This document shows positions 24,943 to 37,200 of a stretch of DNA of 64,000 bases, piece after piece (the first letter of the stretch is position 1; the number at the start of each line of letters is the position of its first letter). Below the pieces are notes generated by a model. It saw nothing but the letters and a program-made list of their open reading frames with translations, was not told where the DNA came from and made no database searches. Origin of the DNA: Styela clava. Lineage: Eukaryota. The position numbers were made by a program, and so were the translations under genes. The stretch spans positions 14,880,001 to 14,944,000 of the forward strand of contig NC_135259.1 in NCBI RefSeq assembly GCF_964204865.1, given 5' to 3'.

Positions 24943-25725
24943 GACTTTCTGACGCTTATTAGTGGGCTCTTCAAAAACAGGTGTTGAGCGTTTGGCCGAC
25001 GTGTTGATTTTGACTGTCTTTCTGATTTAGGCTATGAAAATAATCCAGAAACGTATTTATCGCCCAACGGCGGAAGGAAATCAATTGACAGGGCTGTTCA
25101 TCAGTGCACACATACAATCAATAAATTCGGGAATGAAGAAACGAAGTCGCAATGAGGAACAAATCGAAAAACAAATTCGGCAGCTCGTTTTCTTTTCTGA
25201 AGTGCGTAGAGTCCCACAATAAACCGTGCGTTGTAATTGCAATAGCATGGTTGAAAATAACAATAAAAATGATTTATCCTAAATCAGTTTCCTCATTTAA
25301 ATATTTTTTAAAGGTAAATTCTAAAATTTAGTTTATTTATATCGTAAAAATCATAGAATATCAAAACAAAACATGTGGAGAATTTGTTCAACCGGAGCAT
25401 CTATATTAATGATATCATAATTTTGAAGATTAATACTGGACTATATTTTTATTTCTTTTCTATTTTTGAAAAAATGAAAAGATTTTTATAATTGTTAGAA
25501 AAAGGAATAGTTATACATAAAATGCATGGTTTGCTAGACATTGTAAGTCCGTCATTTTGAATGCAAGTAATTCATTTCAAAATTTATTCTGGCAACTAAT
25601 GTCACCAGACGACTTCGTCGCTTTTCCGCTCTTCCTGGTCTGAATATTCGCTTTGTCATTCGCCCATAGTTTTTCTACTATTCTTCATAAAGCATTTGCA
25701 CTTTATTATAAATATTAACGTCGCG
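24943..25725. promoter_or_regulatory. Divergent promoter region GET4 / DMC1
   Basis: 783 bp between divergent ATGs. ETS-like CGGAAG and CTTCCTG cores are present; sites are not individually validated. Confidence 0.5.
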
Positions 25726-28700
25726 ATGCAACAACAAAAAGTAGTAGATTCGAATGCAGAAGACTTCAGTGATGGAGAGGTAAGTTATAAGATAGTTGCA
25801 GAAGTGCCGGTAGGTTTGGTTAGAAATACAATATTTTCCGCATTTCATGTCATAGGAAATCTGTGCAGTTCAAAAGCAATATCCCCATAAGGGAAAGGAA
25901 ATTGACGCTACGAGCGTAACTCAATCTAATACATAAATTCTTTTAAAGACTTTTATCCATCCATCACTGTGTCTTATTATTTACGACTTTTGTTAGTATC
26001 TTATGTTTGACTTTTTTTTTCTTTGTATGATTTAATTTTAGATTCACTCCCTTGTAGGTGACGCTGCTCGATAACCATCCCTGGTTTATCGCGTCTCCTT
26101 TCACGCTGAAACGTATTTTTTTATATCCTTCGTATCTATGTTTGTCCATTGTGTACTTTTTGTATGTGATAAAATAAACTACTGACTGACTGACTGACAT
26201 CCTGCCAAACCATCTGAAGTAAAGTAGTCTGGGTAAACTAAGCTTGACTAGTTTGGTTATACACATTTCCAAAAGTAATATTCATTCCATCTAATTCCAA
26301 ATGTGAGATCAATTACTATCATAGCTTGTATGGCATCGCAATTTCCGATCAATTAACAAGTCCAATTTTAATTACAGGAAGCTACATTCCAAGATATTGA
26401 TATGCTACAGGATCAAGGCATCGTAAGTTGATAAACATTTGAAACGGAATTTTAAAAAATGACAATCTTGTTTTTAACTATTTTTTATATTTTTCAAGCC
26501 TGATAACGAAGATCTAACTTTTGCCATGTTCATGACGTTTCAATTATTTTCAACATTTACCCCAATCGATTCAAATTAGTCGTTATTTACGCTGGAATTC
26601 AACTCTCATTTATGTCTATTTGAGGCTATTACAGCTTCCGTTATTTTCGAAAATATCAGAGCTATATAATATGATTTCCGTATTTAGTCCGGGAAAACGA
26701 AACGGGAAAACATCTTGTCCGGTTATCTGTATATGTCGGGTATGGGAACAGGTATTCGTTTCAGATGCAGTATTTTTGCATGTTACCTAATTCCCAGATT
26801 CAATGTAATGTCATTTGCATATTAAACACCATTAGTTTTTCCAAAATTGTTTATTACTACATGTATGTATGTAGTAATAAATGTATGTATGACAAATGGC
26901 AATTAAACGCTCAGTTTGATCTTCGTTTTATTGAACTTCAGAATGCGGCAGATTTGAAAAAGCTCAAAGCAGCGGGAATATGCACAATAAAAGGCGTTCA
27001 AATGACTACGAAAAAGGCTCTTTCTAACATCAAAGGAATCTCCGAAGCAAAAGTTGAAAAAATCAAGGAGGCGGCTTCAAAGATGGCAATTGTAGATGAG
27101 AGGTTTTATTGTTATTTGTCCAGCTGGCGCGTATCACCAGGTCATGTTTGGGACACTGTTTCCACGCCCTATTACGATAAAGTGCTTTGATACAGACGGA
27201 TATCGAATCGAAAATATTTCTCATTTCATTGGCTACAATTTGCGTGAATATTGAAGTCCGTAGTTTGAATTTCTCGCAATTTTTTTCTTCTCCTATTCCA
27301 TTACAATATTCAAATATCACATCAAAGCCGATAATATACCTTCGAAATATAGATCAAGCGTAATCTGGTGATACCATCCCCGGCTGGTTTATAAAATTTT
27401 GGTAGCGCAAAATATTTACGAAATTTAGGATTCTGGGTTTATGTCTGCTCTCAACTTCAGTATGAAGAGAAAGCAATGCTTCAAGATTTCAACTGGAAGC
27501 GAAGACTTAGAGTAAGTGAACTTATGTCTCAAAGTTATTTATTAACTATATGTTATGCAGGGGCGTAGCCGTAGATTGGTTTTGCCCCCCTTTGAAATTA
27601 AATTAAAATAAAATCATCTTTCTGTATCATACAACGCTTAAACCTCTCAAGACTCACGAAAACACACGTTCTCCGGACTCGCTAGCTGTTTCGATCAAAC
27701 TTAAAAAATTCTAATTTCAGAAGCCCCCCCCCCCCCCCCTTTGAAGATCTCCGGCTACGCCACTGTGTTATATGTAGGCATCAGCCTATTTCAAAAGACA
27801 GCAAGTTCAGATAAAAATTATCTTCTGATCAGTATTATCATGAAACAATAACACACCTTATTATAATTATTAGTAGTTAAAGGTTTGTGACAATCACCGA
27901 AATTTAGTCGAAAAAGTCTCGTCACCAGTACAACATCCAATCATGCCTGAAGCCGGCGTTATCTATGTATTAATTTTTTTTCTTTTATTCAGCAAACTTC
28001 TAGGAGGAGGTGTAGAGAGTATGGCCATTACTGAAGTTTTTGGAGAATTTCGCACAGGAAAAACACAAATTTCACATACACTGTGTGGTATGTCCAGTCC
28101 GTTTTATATAAAATCTAATTCCGGTATAATTTGCCCATTTATTTATTTTATATATTAAATTAGTTCGCCGGTAATGTTTATCACCATATTCAGTTATTAA
28201 TATTATATGATTTACTATTATTACATTTTTCTTTTTTAGTTACAACACAAATGCCAGGAGCGATGGGATACACAGGAGGAAAAGTTGTTTTCATCGACAC
28301 GGAAAATACATTTCGTCCTGATAGACTTCGACCTATTGCCGATCGTTTCAATCTGGATCAAGCTGCTGTCTTGGACAACGTCTTGTATGCTAGGGCTTAC
28401 ACAAGTATGTATTTATTTTCATTACATTATGAATCTTTCGGCGAGTAGGACATGTCCGATATGATTTGATTCGCGTGTGAAACCAAGGTTTGTTCGGCAG
28501 TGATATTTGTTCCGATTTATCGCTCTTGTAAATTTATCATTCTTCTGAAAAATAACACTGGGGGCCTATTTTCGGGAGAGGTCTTATATTTTCATTTATC
28601 AAAAACAAAATTACAAAGTAGAGAATTACGAATTATGAAAACCGATATCCATTTACTTATAAATAACACGTTTTTATTTAAAATAACTGCAAAACATAGA

Positions 28701-30711
28701 TTTCTTGCTATTGACTATAGATAAAAAAAAATCGCGATGTTGACTAGGTCTTATTCAAGGGGGAGGGCTTATATTAAAATCTTTTTTTAAATTCAGGCTA
28801 GGTCTTATTTTTGGGGAAACACGGTAGCAGTATAGGTTCATAAAATAATGTAAAAAATTTCCAACATACTTGCGTGCCAATGCCACGTCCCTGACATTTT
28901 CCTTGTATAGTTTATATTTATAGATTCGATTGACTGGCTCTTCAATGACCACTTTATCTTACTTACAGGTGAGCATCAGATGGAACTCCTTGACCACGTT
29001 GCCGCAAAATTTCATGAAGAAGCTGGAATTTTCAAATTGCTGGTATAGATTTTTTTATCAAAACGGACAAATCCATGCACAGCGAAAAATCTATTACGTA
29101 AACTTGGCATACCGCGTAACTAGTGACAAGCTTTTTCTTTTGTAAAGTATAATCTTTTTTACAGATCGTGGACTCAATCATGGCACTATTTCGTGTCGAT
29201 TTTAGTGGTAGAGGAGAGCTTGCAGATCGACAACAAAAGTTGGCTCAAATGTTATCGAGATTGCAAAAAATATCTGAAGGTAAGATGAAATCGGTGGTTT
29301 GCCCACCCTGATAACTTCGTCGCTTTTGTCGATATTTTTTACATCGTGTGGCGAATGCGGTGTATTTCATTGTTAAATTTCTTGATCGTGGTTTTAATTG
29401 GTACTACAATTCCACAGTTTTGAGTGACACAGCAGTGTATTTGATAAATGCACAACAATGGCAGACTCTTTCTGTTATATATCTTTGCGATTTGAAAACA
29501 AAATAGTCACAAGTTACAGATATTGCGTAGCTTATACACACCTTTATTCCGTATTGACTAGAGTAGTAGTATTTTTAAATTAGATGACTTTTACCAATCT
29601 TCCTATTTTTTTTTTAGAATACAACGTTGCCGTGTTTGTTACAAATCAAATGACAGCTGATCCCGGAGCCGCAATGAGGTAACGATATTCACTGACGTAA
29701 CGTCTGTTTGTATTTTATTAAAAAAAAGTTATCTCACCAATCCAATACTGCGAGAAATATAGGAGACCAATATTACATTACTTTCAAACAGAAAAAATTA
29801 TCTTCAATGAATATTTATAAATTCAAAGAAAATTTGTCGTGACATAATGGTCAAATATTTATATGTAATTCTGAAAACGTCATTATTACAGTGATAGCAG
29901 AATTGAAAAAGCAGGTGAAAAATATCAGTTGGGCTTTCCATAGTAATATTACTCTCCCCATTCTGCCGATCGGGACATATTTTTCACTATGGTTTAATTT
30001 TTGATACATTATATTTATGTCTGGAGTCTGATACAGACAGTATATAAATGGCGGTGATAACATTTGAAAAAAAGTTAAGCTATTTTTCATTTATATGCAA
30101 CTACTCGATACGAACATATCCATATTCAACGTATCAGAAAAGCAACCAAAAGTATTCTATATCGGTTGTTTTTTCAGCTTTCAGGCTGATCCTAAGAAAC
30201 CCATAGGTGGTCACATCTTAGCTCATGCTTCAACTACAAGAATATCTCTGAGGAAAGGAAGAGGAGAGAATAGGATTGCTAAGATATTTGACAGGTTTGT
30301 TGAATAACTTTAAAAAGTATTTATAAGGTCGAAATAATTTATATGGTACATGTAATGTAAGTTAAAATTTAATGGCACTAAAAGTCGATAGAGATAGAGT
30401 ATATCTATCACCGAAATCCTATTCATAATGCTTTATAGTTATGGCATACGTCCTGTGATTCATAAACTTTGTATGTCTTTGTCTATACGTAAATATACGT
30501 TTGCTTTATCCTTCGTAACAGGATCGCCATCGCACTACTGATTATCATACACAGTGCAGTGGGTTCAAATTCCAAGATGGTGATCTTATGCTATTTTTGA
30601 ACTGATTGTACCTACCATGAGCTGTACTTGTTCTATTTCAGTCCTGATATGCCAGAATCAGAAGCTACATTCAGCATCACTAATGGAGGTATAACAGATG
30701 CAAAAGAATGA
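25726..30711 (+). CDS. DMC1: Meiotic recombinase DMC1, 340-342 aa, 11 exons
   Basis: Exons 25726-25779, 26378-26422, 26942-27085 (or 27091), 27429-27511, 27993-28087, 28240-28404, 28969-29042, 29165-29279, 29618-29678, 30178-30294, 30642-30711. DMC1-type motifs [90 protein letters not shown]. Confidence 0.96.
27558..27765. mobile_element. hAT-like MITE with poly-C tract
   Basis: TIR CAGGGGCGTAGCC...GGCTACGCCACTG; flanks share TGTTAT. Confidence 0.7.
28550..28826. mobile_element. Tc1/mariner/pogo-type MITE remnant
   Basis: Right end GGTCTTATTTTTGGGGAAACACGG|TA with repeated subterminal GGTCTTAT/GGCTTAT motifs. Left end is degenerate. Confidence 0.55.
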
Positions 30712-30914
30712 AGAGTTAAATACGTCCATAAATTCATTTGCAGAACGACGTTTGAACCAAATGCAATAGAAATGGGTGCCGGGTTTGCTTTGGTTTTCGG
30801 TCAAATCATGAACTTTTGATCAGAAAAAGTGGGCTTAGTATATATATGTATCGTTTACCTGACATTGAGATTGTAATGTTTTTAATTTATTATTGTTCTA
30901 GTTGGATGTTTTTT

Positions 30915-30920
30915 AATAAA
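30915..30920 (+). terminator. Candidate polyadenylation signal of DMC1
   Basis: AATAAA ~200 nt after the stop codon, followed by GT/T-rich sequence. Confidence 0.55.
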
Positions 30921-31247
30921 GTTGTCTGCGTTTTTATTTTATTTCAAAATAAGCGTTCAGTTGATTGAGTGAGAATCGGAATGGCTACATAGCACAAACT
31001 ATTCACCAAATTCATTCATTGAAAATTACTTTTTCTGTCGTAGAGTGGCGACGCTCTAATCTAACACATACCAAATAGGACATGCTCAATTGAATCAAAA
31101 AATTATGTACGTTGTATTAGACAGCATTGTGCGCAAAAGTGTTTACTTACTTGCAATTATTGTGCGTTCTGTAAATATTACCAGATAGGTATTGGTAAGT
31201 CACAAGACGGTTCTACCTGTAGCAGACTTCATTAGGTAGATATATGT

Positions 31248-34200
31248 ATGCTGCTAACAATGGATCTTCCCAGGGTAATAATTCTGGCCGTTTTGAGTTG
31301 TGTGTTGATACAAAATATAGTTGAAGCTCAAGTACCACCTGCTAAGATTGGACAGTATATTCATGTTCAACAGGTAAGTGTATAACTAAGATAATGTGTA
31401 TATTTATGAGTTTATTGCCTAAAATGCAAAGTAGATGTGTTCCTGCAAACTATATTCTGCTAGAAAGTTAGTGATTCTTCAAGTAATAAAAAGGTCAAGA
31501 CAAGAGGCATAAAGCCAGATCGCACTGGTAAGGATGTGATTAGAATACGAAATCAAAGATTTGGAGAATTATACTTAAATAATTGTAAGACAGCTAAAAT
31601 GAAGCTCCGAACTAAAGAAATTACGGTGCTCCCGAAGTATGCGAACCAAGTGGCGGACATCTGAACGTAACATGGGTTAGGGTTAGGCGATAATTTTTTT
31701 CCAATTTTCCTTATTTTAGTCCTATTATCAGTTCGAAGACTAGCCAAGAGCCCCCCGTAGTATTTATACCTAAAATTATGGCCTAACCCTAACCTAGTAG
31801 TCTAGTACACATATTACATTCCGATGTCCGCCATCTTGGTTCGCATACTTCGGGAGCCCCGAAATTACATTATTTTCCAATGCATTAACTTACTATCGAG
31901 AAAATTGGCCGATAGTGACACTTCACCGGTATATTCTTATTTAGTCAGATCACTGGCGCATTATTATCTTGAAAAACTTGAGTTGTCGATCATCAAATTC
32001 TTTGACACGCAACCGATATTGCCAAAAACGCGTGTGCATGGGCACCCGTCGAAGGCCAAGTTTTCTCTACATCGTTTAATTTGTAACAATCGTTCTAGGA
32101 TTCAAACAGAATATACATCTACGGAGGAAACTTAACATTAATTGTTGACAGAAATTCGTGGAGATTGAGTATCCATGACAATTTTACGTCAAAAGTGTAC
32201 TTACAAGAAGCGACGGAGGAGTCAATGCGGCTTGTAAGTAGCTTGTAAGATTTTTAGTATATATAATATTTCATTTGAAGTTGGGAAATATTGATACTTA
32301 AAGACATGGTGTTTCTTCTCTTGAAATATTTCTTCAACGATCTACAGATGGACGGTAATTACTTAGCTCAGCTATAGACACAGCCAAACACTAAGTCAGG
32401 GCGTTCAAATTACAACACAACGTATATATATATTATAGTAAAAGTATATTTGAATGAATATTTGATTTGAAGAAGATGCATTTTTTGTGCACAAATTAAT
32501 ACTTACGCAGGCCCTGTTCCTAACTATGCAAAATCGTGGTAACGTTAACACATCTCTGCTCAGTATTTGGTGTTATTTTTCACTGCAGGGTTTCGGGAGA
32601 TGGGAAGGAAAATACTTGGATATATATCAAGGATATTTATTTCGTATTGGACAAATAGTTGAGTGGAATTCTGCCACTGAAGCTGCTATTTATAACGTTA
32701 CAAAGGATCAAAATGGTAAAGGCTAGGCTAAACAATGCGTACACAGCTCGGGGCTACGCATGGCCCTGCCAATGCTGAATAGGCTGTCTGAATAGGCCAC
32801 ACAGACGATTGGCACTATACCTCTGGATACAAAATTGATTAGTTCTAGCATGCGGTCTATCATCACGTAATTGTAAAGTTTTAGAAAGATTATAGAGAAC
32901 GTCAAGTATGGATTGATTATCAAGTATGCAACGCAACTATCAGGGAATTCACGATCTCGGATAAAACGTCGTTATGTGCAGCCTATTTATTAGCCATAAC
33001 TACTGGTACTATTGCAGGGAATGGCGTAATTGCCACAACATTGAAAGTAGCATCAAATTCCTCTTCGCCTTCCGCTCCAAACATGTTGGTTAGTTTTACG
33101 GATTTTGATGAAAGAGTATTCACAATGAAAGTGGAATTAAGCTCTTCAACAGAGAAATAGTGAGTTTTAACGAATATACAAAAAATAAGCACATAAAATT
33201 GCTCAACTTTTGCTTGTCGATTGTATTTTCGTCAAGAGTTAGAAAATCGCAAAGTTCTGTCTGGCTCTGTCCAGTAAAGTGAAAAATGTTTTCATTGGCA
33301 TTAATTATATTCTAGTAATCGTGTAGGTTGGGGATATATGACGCCGGATAAAAATGAGTCTTTTTATGGATTTGGAGAGAGATTCAATGGCGCGAATCAA
33401 AGAGGACATAAAGTTGGATCGTGGCTGGAAGAAGGAAACTGGGGACTAGGGAGATTTGACCCAACTGGGAAAATAAGGGTGAGTTGAAAAGAAAGTTTTT
33501 AAGTTTGAACTCTTAAAATCTGTTATTTCAAATACGGACTAATAATATTTGTAATTTGAAGGTACCGAAAGGAGAGCTTGCGACATACGTTCCAATGCCG
33601 TTGCTTATTTCATCTAAAGGCTATGGAATGCAGTTGAACATGTATCACAGGTAATCAAAATTGATTTCACGAAAATTCATATGTGCTTACAATGTACAAT
33701 ATTATGTACTTTCAAAGTACAAATGTTCTTTTGTTGTGAAGTCTTTGTAAAATACATTAATAAGATTGAATAATATTGGTTAGTTTACAAAACTTTTTAT
33801 TTGAAGGCAGACGGGTTGACTTTAGAGCTACACAAATAAAAAAGCAAATACTGTGCAGATATTTGAAATTGATTGCATGGTATCTATATCGTTAATCTAT
33901 AATTTTTTTATAAATCTGAATATTTTTATGTTTTAGAAGCGTATTCGACTCAAAAACATCAGATCAACACATGCATATCTTGGCAGAGACAGATTCCATG
34001 GACCTGACGATATTTTGCAAAAATTCAATTTCGGTGAGCTGTGATGCAAATCGGCACAATATACGTTTAAGCTATTGTAGTTGTGACTGTCACATGAAAA
34101 TGATGTACAAAAAACTATTTTTATATTTTATTTATATTTATTAGGGTACTTTTCATAAAATGTCAGAAAAAAATGGAAAGTCCCTCATTCCACCATTGTG

Positions 34201-37200
34201 GGCATTTGGACCGTGGAATCAAGTGGGCGATGAAGTAGCAGGAGTGTCAATAGTAAACAGAACAAAGTTAGTAACACTGTTGATTGAATCCAGTTAAGTA
34301 GACCTCCGTACACACAGCCTATTTATGCAGTGATCTTGGGGTAGTGAGCCATGCCTTCCGTACCTTGGCATTGCGATTGTGCCAATAAATTTTCACAATG
34401 CGACATCACATCTTCTTAATTATTTTTTACATTTTAATCAAGGGTACCCTCAAACTGTGATAGCAATTATACAACTGTTTCTGTGAGGCCTTTAATTCAA
34501 TATTTCAGGGATTTGCTTTTCAAGGAAGACATACCATTTTCTCATTGTGTTAACACGGTGCATTATTTTCCTGAAGGAGGAGGAAGAGACAATGGGAAAC
34601 AATTGAGAGTGAGATATTTCAGCTTGATCATTTAGTAATTAAGACATTGAAATAAGAATAATCTCAAACAAAAATATTCTTTTTTACAGCATTCACATAT
34701 CTGTTAATATTGGTAATCGGTTGAGAAGATTTCTTTCACAATTGTCGTGTCAATTATTGCAAAAAATAAAAAGTTGCTCCTTTATTTATGTAGTTAGATG
34801 TATACGATCCAATTTGAGAACTGTCCAATTATTCATCCAATTACTTTGGCAAATTCATGTTCTTTATTTTGTCACTCGCAATACAATACAAAGCGGTACA
34901 AAATGGCGTAAGCAGATGGAAAGCTAATGTACAACCTTTTTTTCAGATTCAAAATGAGGAATTGCTTTCTTTGGGTATAAAGGTATGCTGGCATTTAAAT
35001 TTATAGTAATATAGAATATAACGAAATAACGTTAATCGAAGTATAGATTTTATTCGCAGTTTGAAAATTACAAATAAAATGAAAAATAAACATTATAGTT
35101 ACATATTCTTATCACAATACCAAATTAGCTGTTGACAGAAAACGTTAGTAAATGGTTAGCAACGAGCTTGTTCATTGAGTGCTATGAAGAATTACGATAC
35201 TCAATTACGAGTCTGTGCACAAGCGGCCACTACTGGATAATGAGCTACTGCTTTTGGACTGGTCGGGATTTTTCTGGTTCAGCATTGCGTACTAAATTTA
35301 TTACACCTGGATGAGATGGTGGGCATATTGAACCCAAGGTTTAGGCCTGCAATACCATCATAGTCAAGTCTAACGCTTCACCTATTATGCCAGCGGTTCC
35401 CAACGAGGGTGACATTGCCTTTATTCTTTAGGCGTACATGTTTTCAAACTTTAAAAGCATAAAGCACACATTAACGATCACAAAATTCAGTTTTATTCAA
35501 CCGCAGCAATTTTTTTCGTATAAGTGCGCCGTTAGTTTTTTCCGTGATAATGTGGCCCGCGCGAACAAAAAAAAATGGCAACAGCTGCGCTAGGCCACTG
35601 TATCCACAATTATCGACATTTTAGTACAGGTTTTTGCCGATTTTGTATTATATTTCGATTAATCATCTACCAATTCCTATTTGTGTAACCGTCGTAGTAT
35701 TTATTCAGTCAACAGCATATTTTAATGCAATGGTTTCTCAAAAATGGACAAGTGCTTATGACTATGCAGCATCTTCAGGATATTTTTTCAAGACAAAAGA
35801 AGGACTACCTTATAATTATTCATACCTTGCTACATCGTAAGATGTTTTTATTCCGAATTATTATTCCGAACTTTCAACATTAATATATGTCGTAGTACAT
35901 AAGTTGTTTTATAAACAAAGTGGTACTCCCGTGGTATGTGAACCAAGATGGCGGACATCGGAACGTAGTATGTGTACCAGGTTAGGGTTAGGCCATAATT
36001 TTATTCTAATTTTCCTTATTTTAGTTCCATTTCGAGTTCGGGGACTAGCCAAGTAACTCCCGTAGTATTTGTACCTGAACTTATGGCCTAACCCTAACCT
36101 GGTGCACATAGTACGTTCCGATGACCGTCATCTTGGTTCACATACTACGGGAGTACCAACAAAATTTCATAAAAGAACAATATCGAATATTTACATTATT
36201 TTTCTGAATATTGTACACAATAGAAAGCATTTTCAAATTGTTAGTTATTGTCAGCTGTTTGACATTTACGTACACTTTTCGGAGAATGTTTAGAAATCTC
36301 ATGCTTTGTTTGTGTTTTCGGCTTTTCCAACTTTCGTCCAAGTGGGTTTTGGAAGGGTTTATTATTCACATAAGAGACATGAAATTGCACATATTTGTTC
36401 GGGGACAAAAACGACAAAAAGAAAAAAAAACGTTCTAACTGTTTGATGAAGTTTATTTGCAAACACCAGTTGTTAGCCGTTTATTATATCATAATGTAAA
36501 TTCTGATATTCAGAGATTTCCAAGTTTCACAAGTCGATTTTACAAACCCAAAAGCGGTAGATTGGTACCAACAACAGCTGGATGTTGCTATCGAAGCTGG
36601 ATTTAAAGGTAATTAATAATTGTTATGAACTACTAATAAATTTATTAGCTTATAATACAAACAGCCTTATCGGCCACAATTCGTAATGTAGCATTAGATC
36701 TTGTTACGAATTTTCATCAACTAAGATTATTTTGAACAATTTTAGTCCAAATAGTATAATTTTGTATTAAAAAAAGATAAAGAGTTATTAAATTATACTA
36801 GGATAGTGGCTCCCAATATCAAAATCTATAATGTAACATTGTATTTCTGTTTGGACGTGGTTGCGAGTTCGGGTCGTGAATTTTTTACTGTTGTTGGCCA
36901 AAAAGTAATTTTGCAATTTCAAAAGAGGGTAAATCAGAATATATACCAGAATAGTGCTTACAAGTAGTAAATAAGCTGGCCGAGTTCAATTCGAAACTAC
37001 ATGAAAAATTATATTTTATTTACATATTAAGGTGGTAGTAAAAGTATAACGAAAAAATCCGCAATAACTTAAGTTTCGTTCATTTTCAAATTACTGGCCA
37101 GAGTAAAAAAACAATGAAATCAAAATACACACCTTCAAGTTTCATAACATCTATGATTGAATCTAGGTTGGATGTACGACTTCGGTGAATATACTCCTCA

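Noticed and set aside
25726-30711. RAD51
   Set aside because: Residues are DMC1-type ([41 protein letters not shown]).
31673-31795. Interstitial telomere or chromosome-fusion scar (TTAGGG facing CCCTAA)
   Set aside because: Only about two units per side, and always at the same place inside MITE TIRs.
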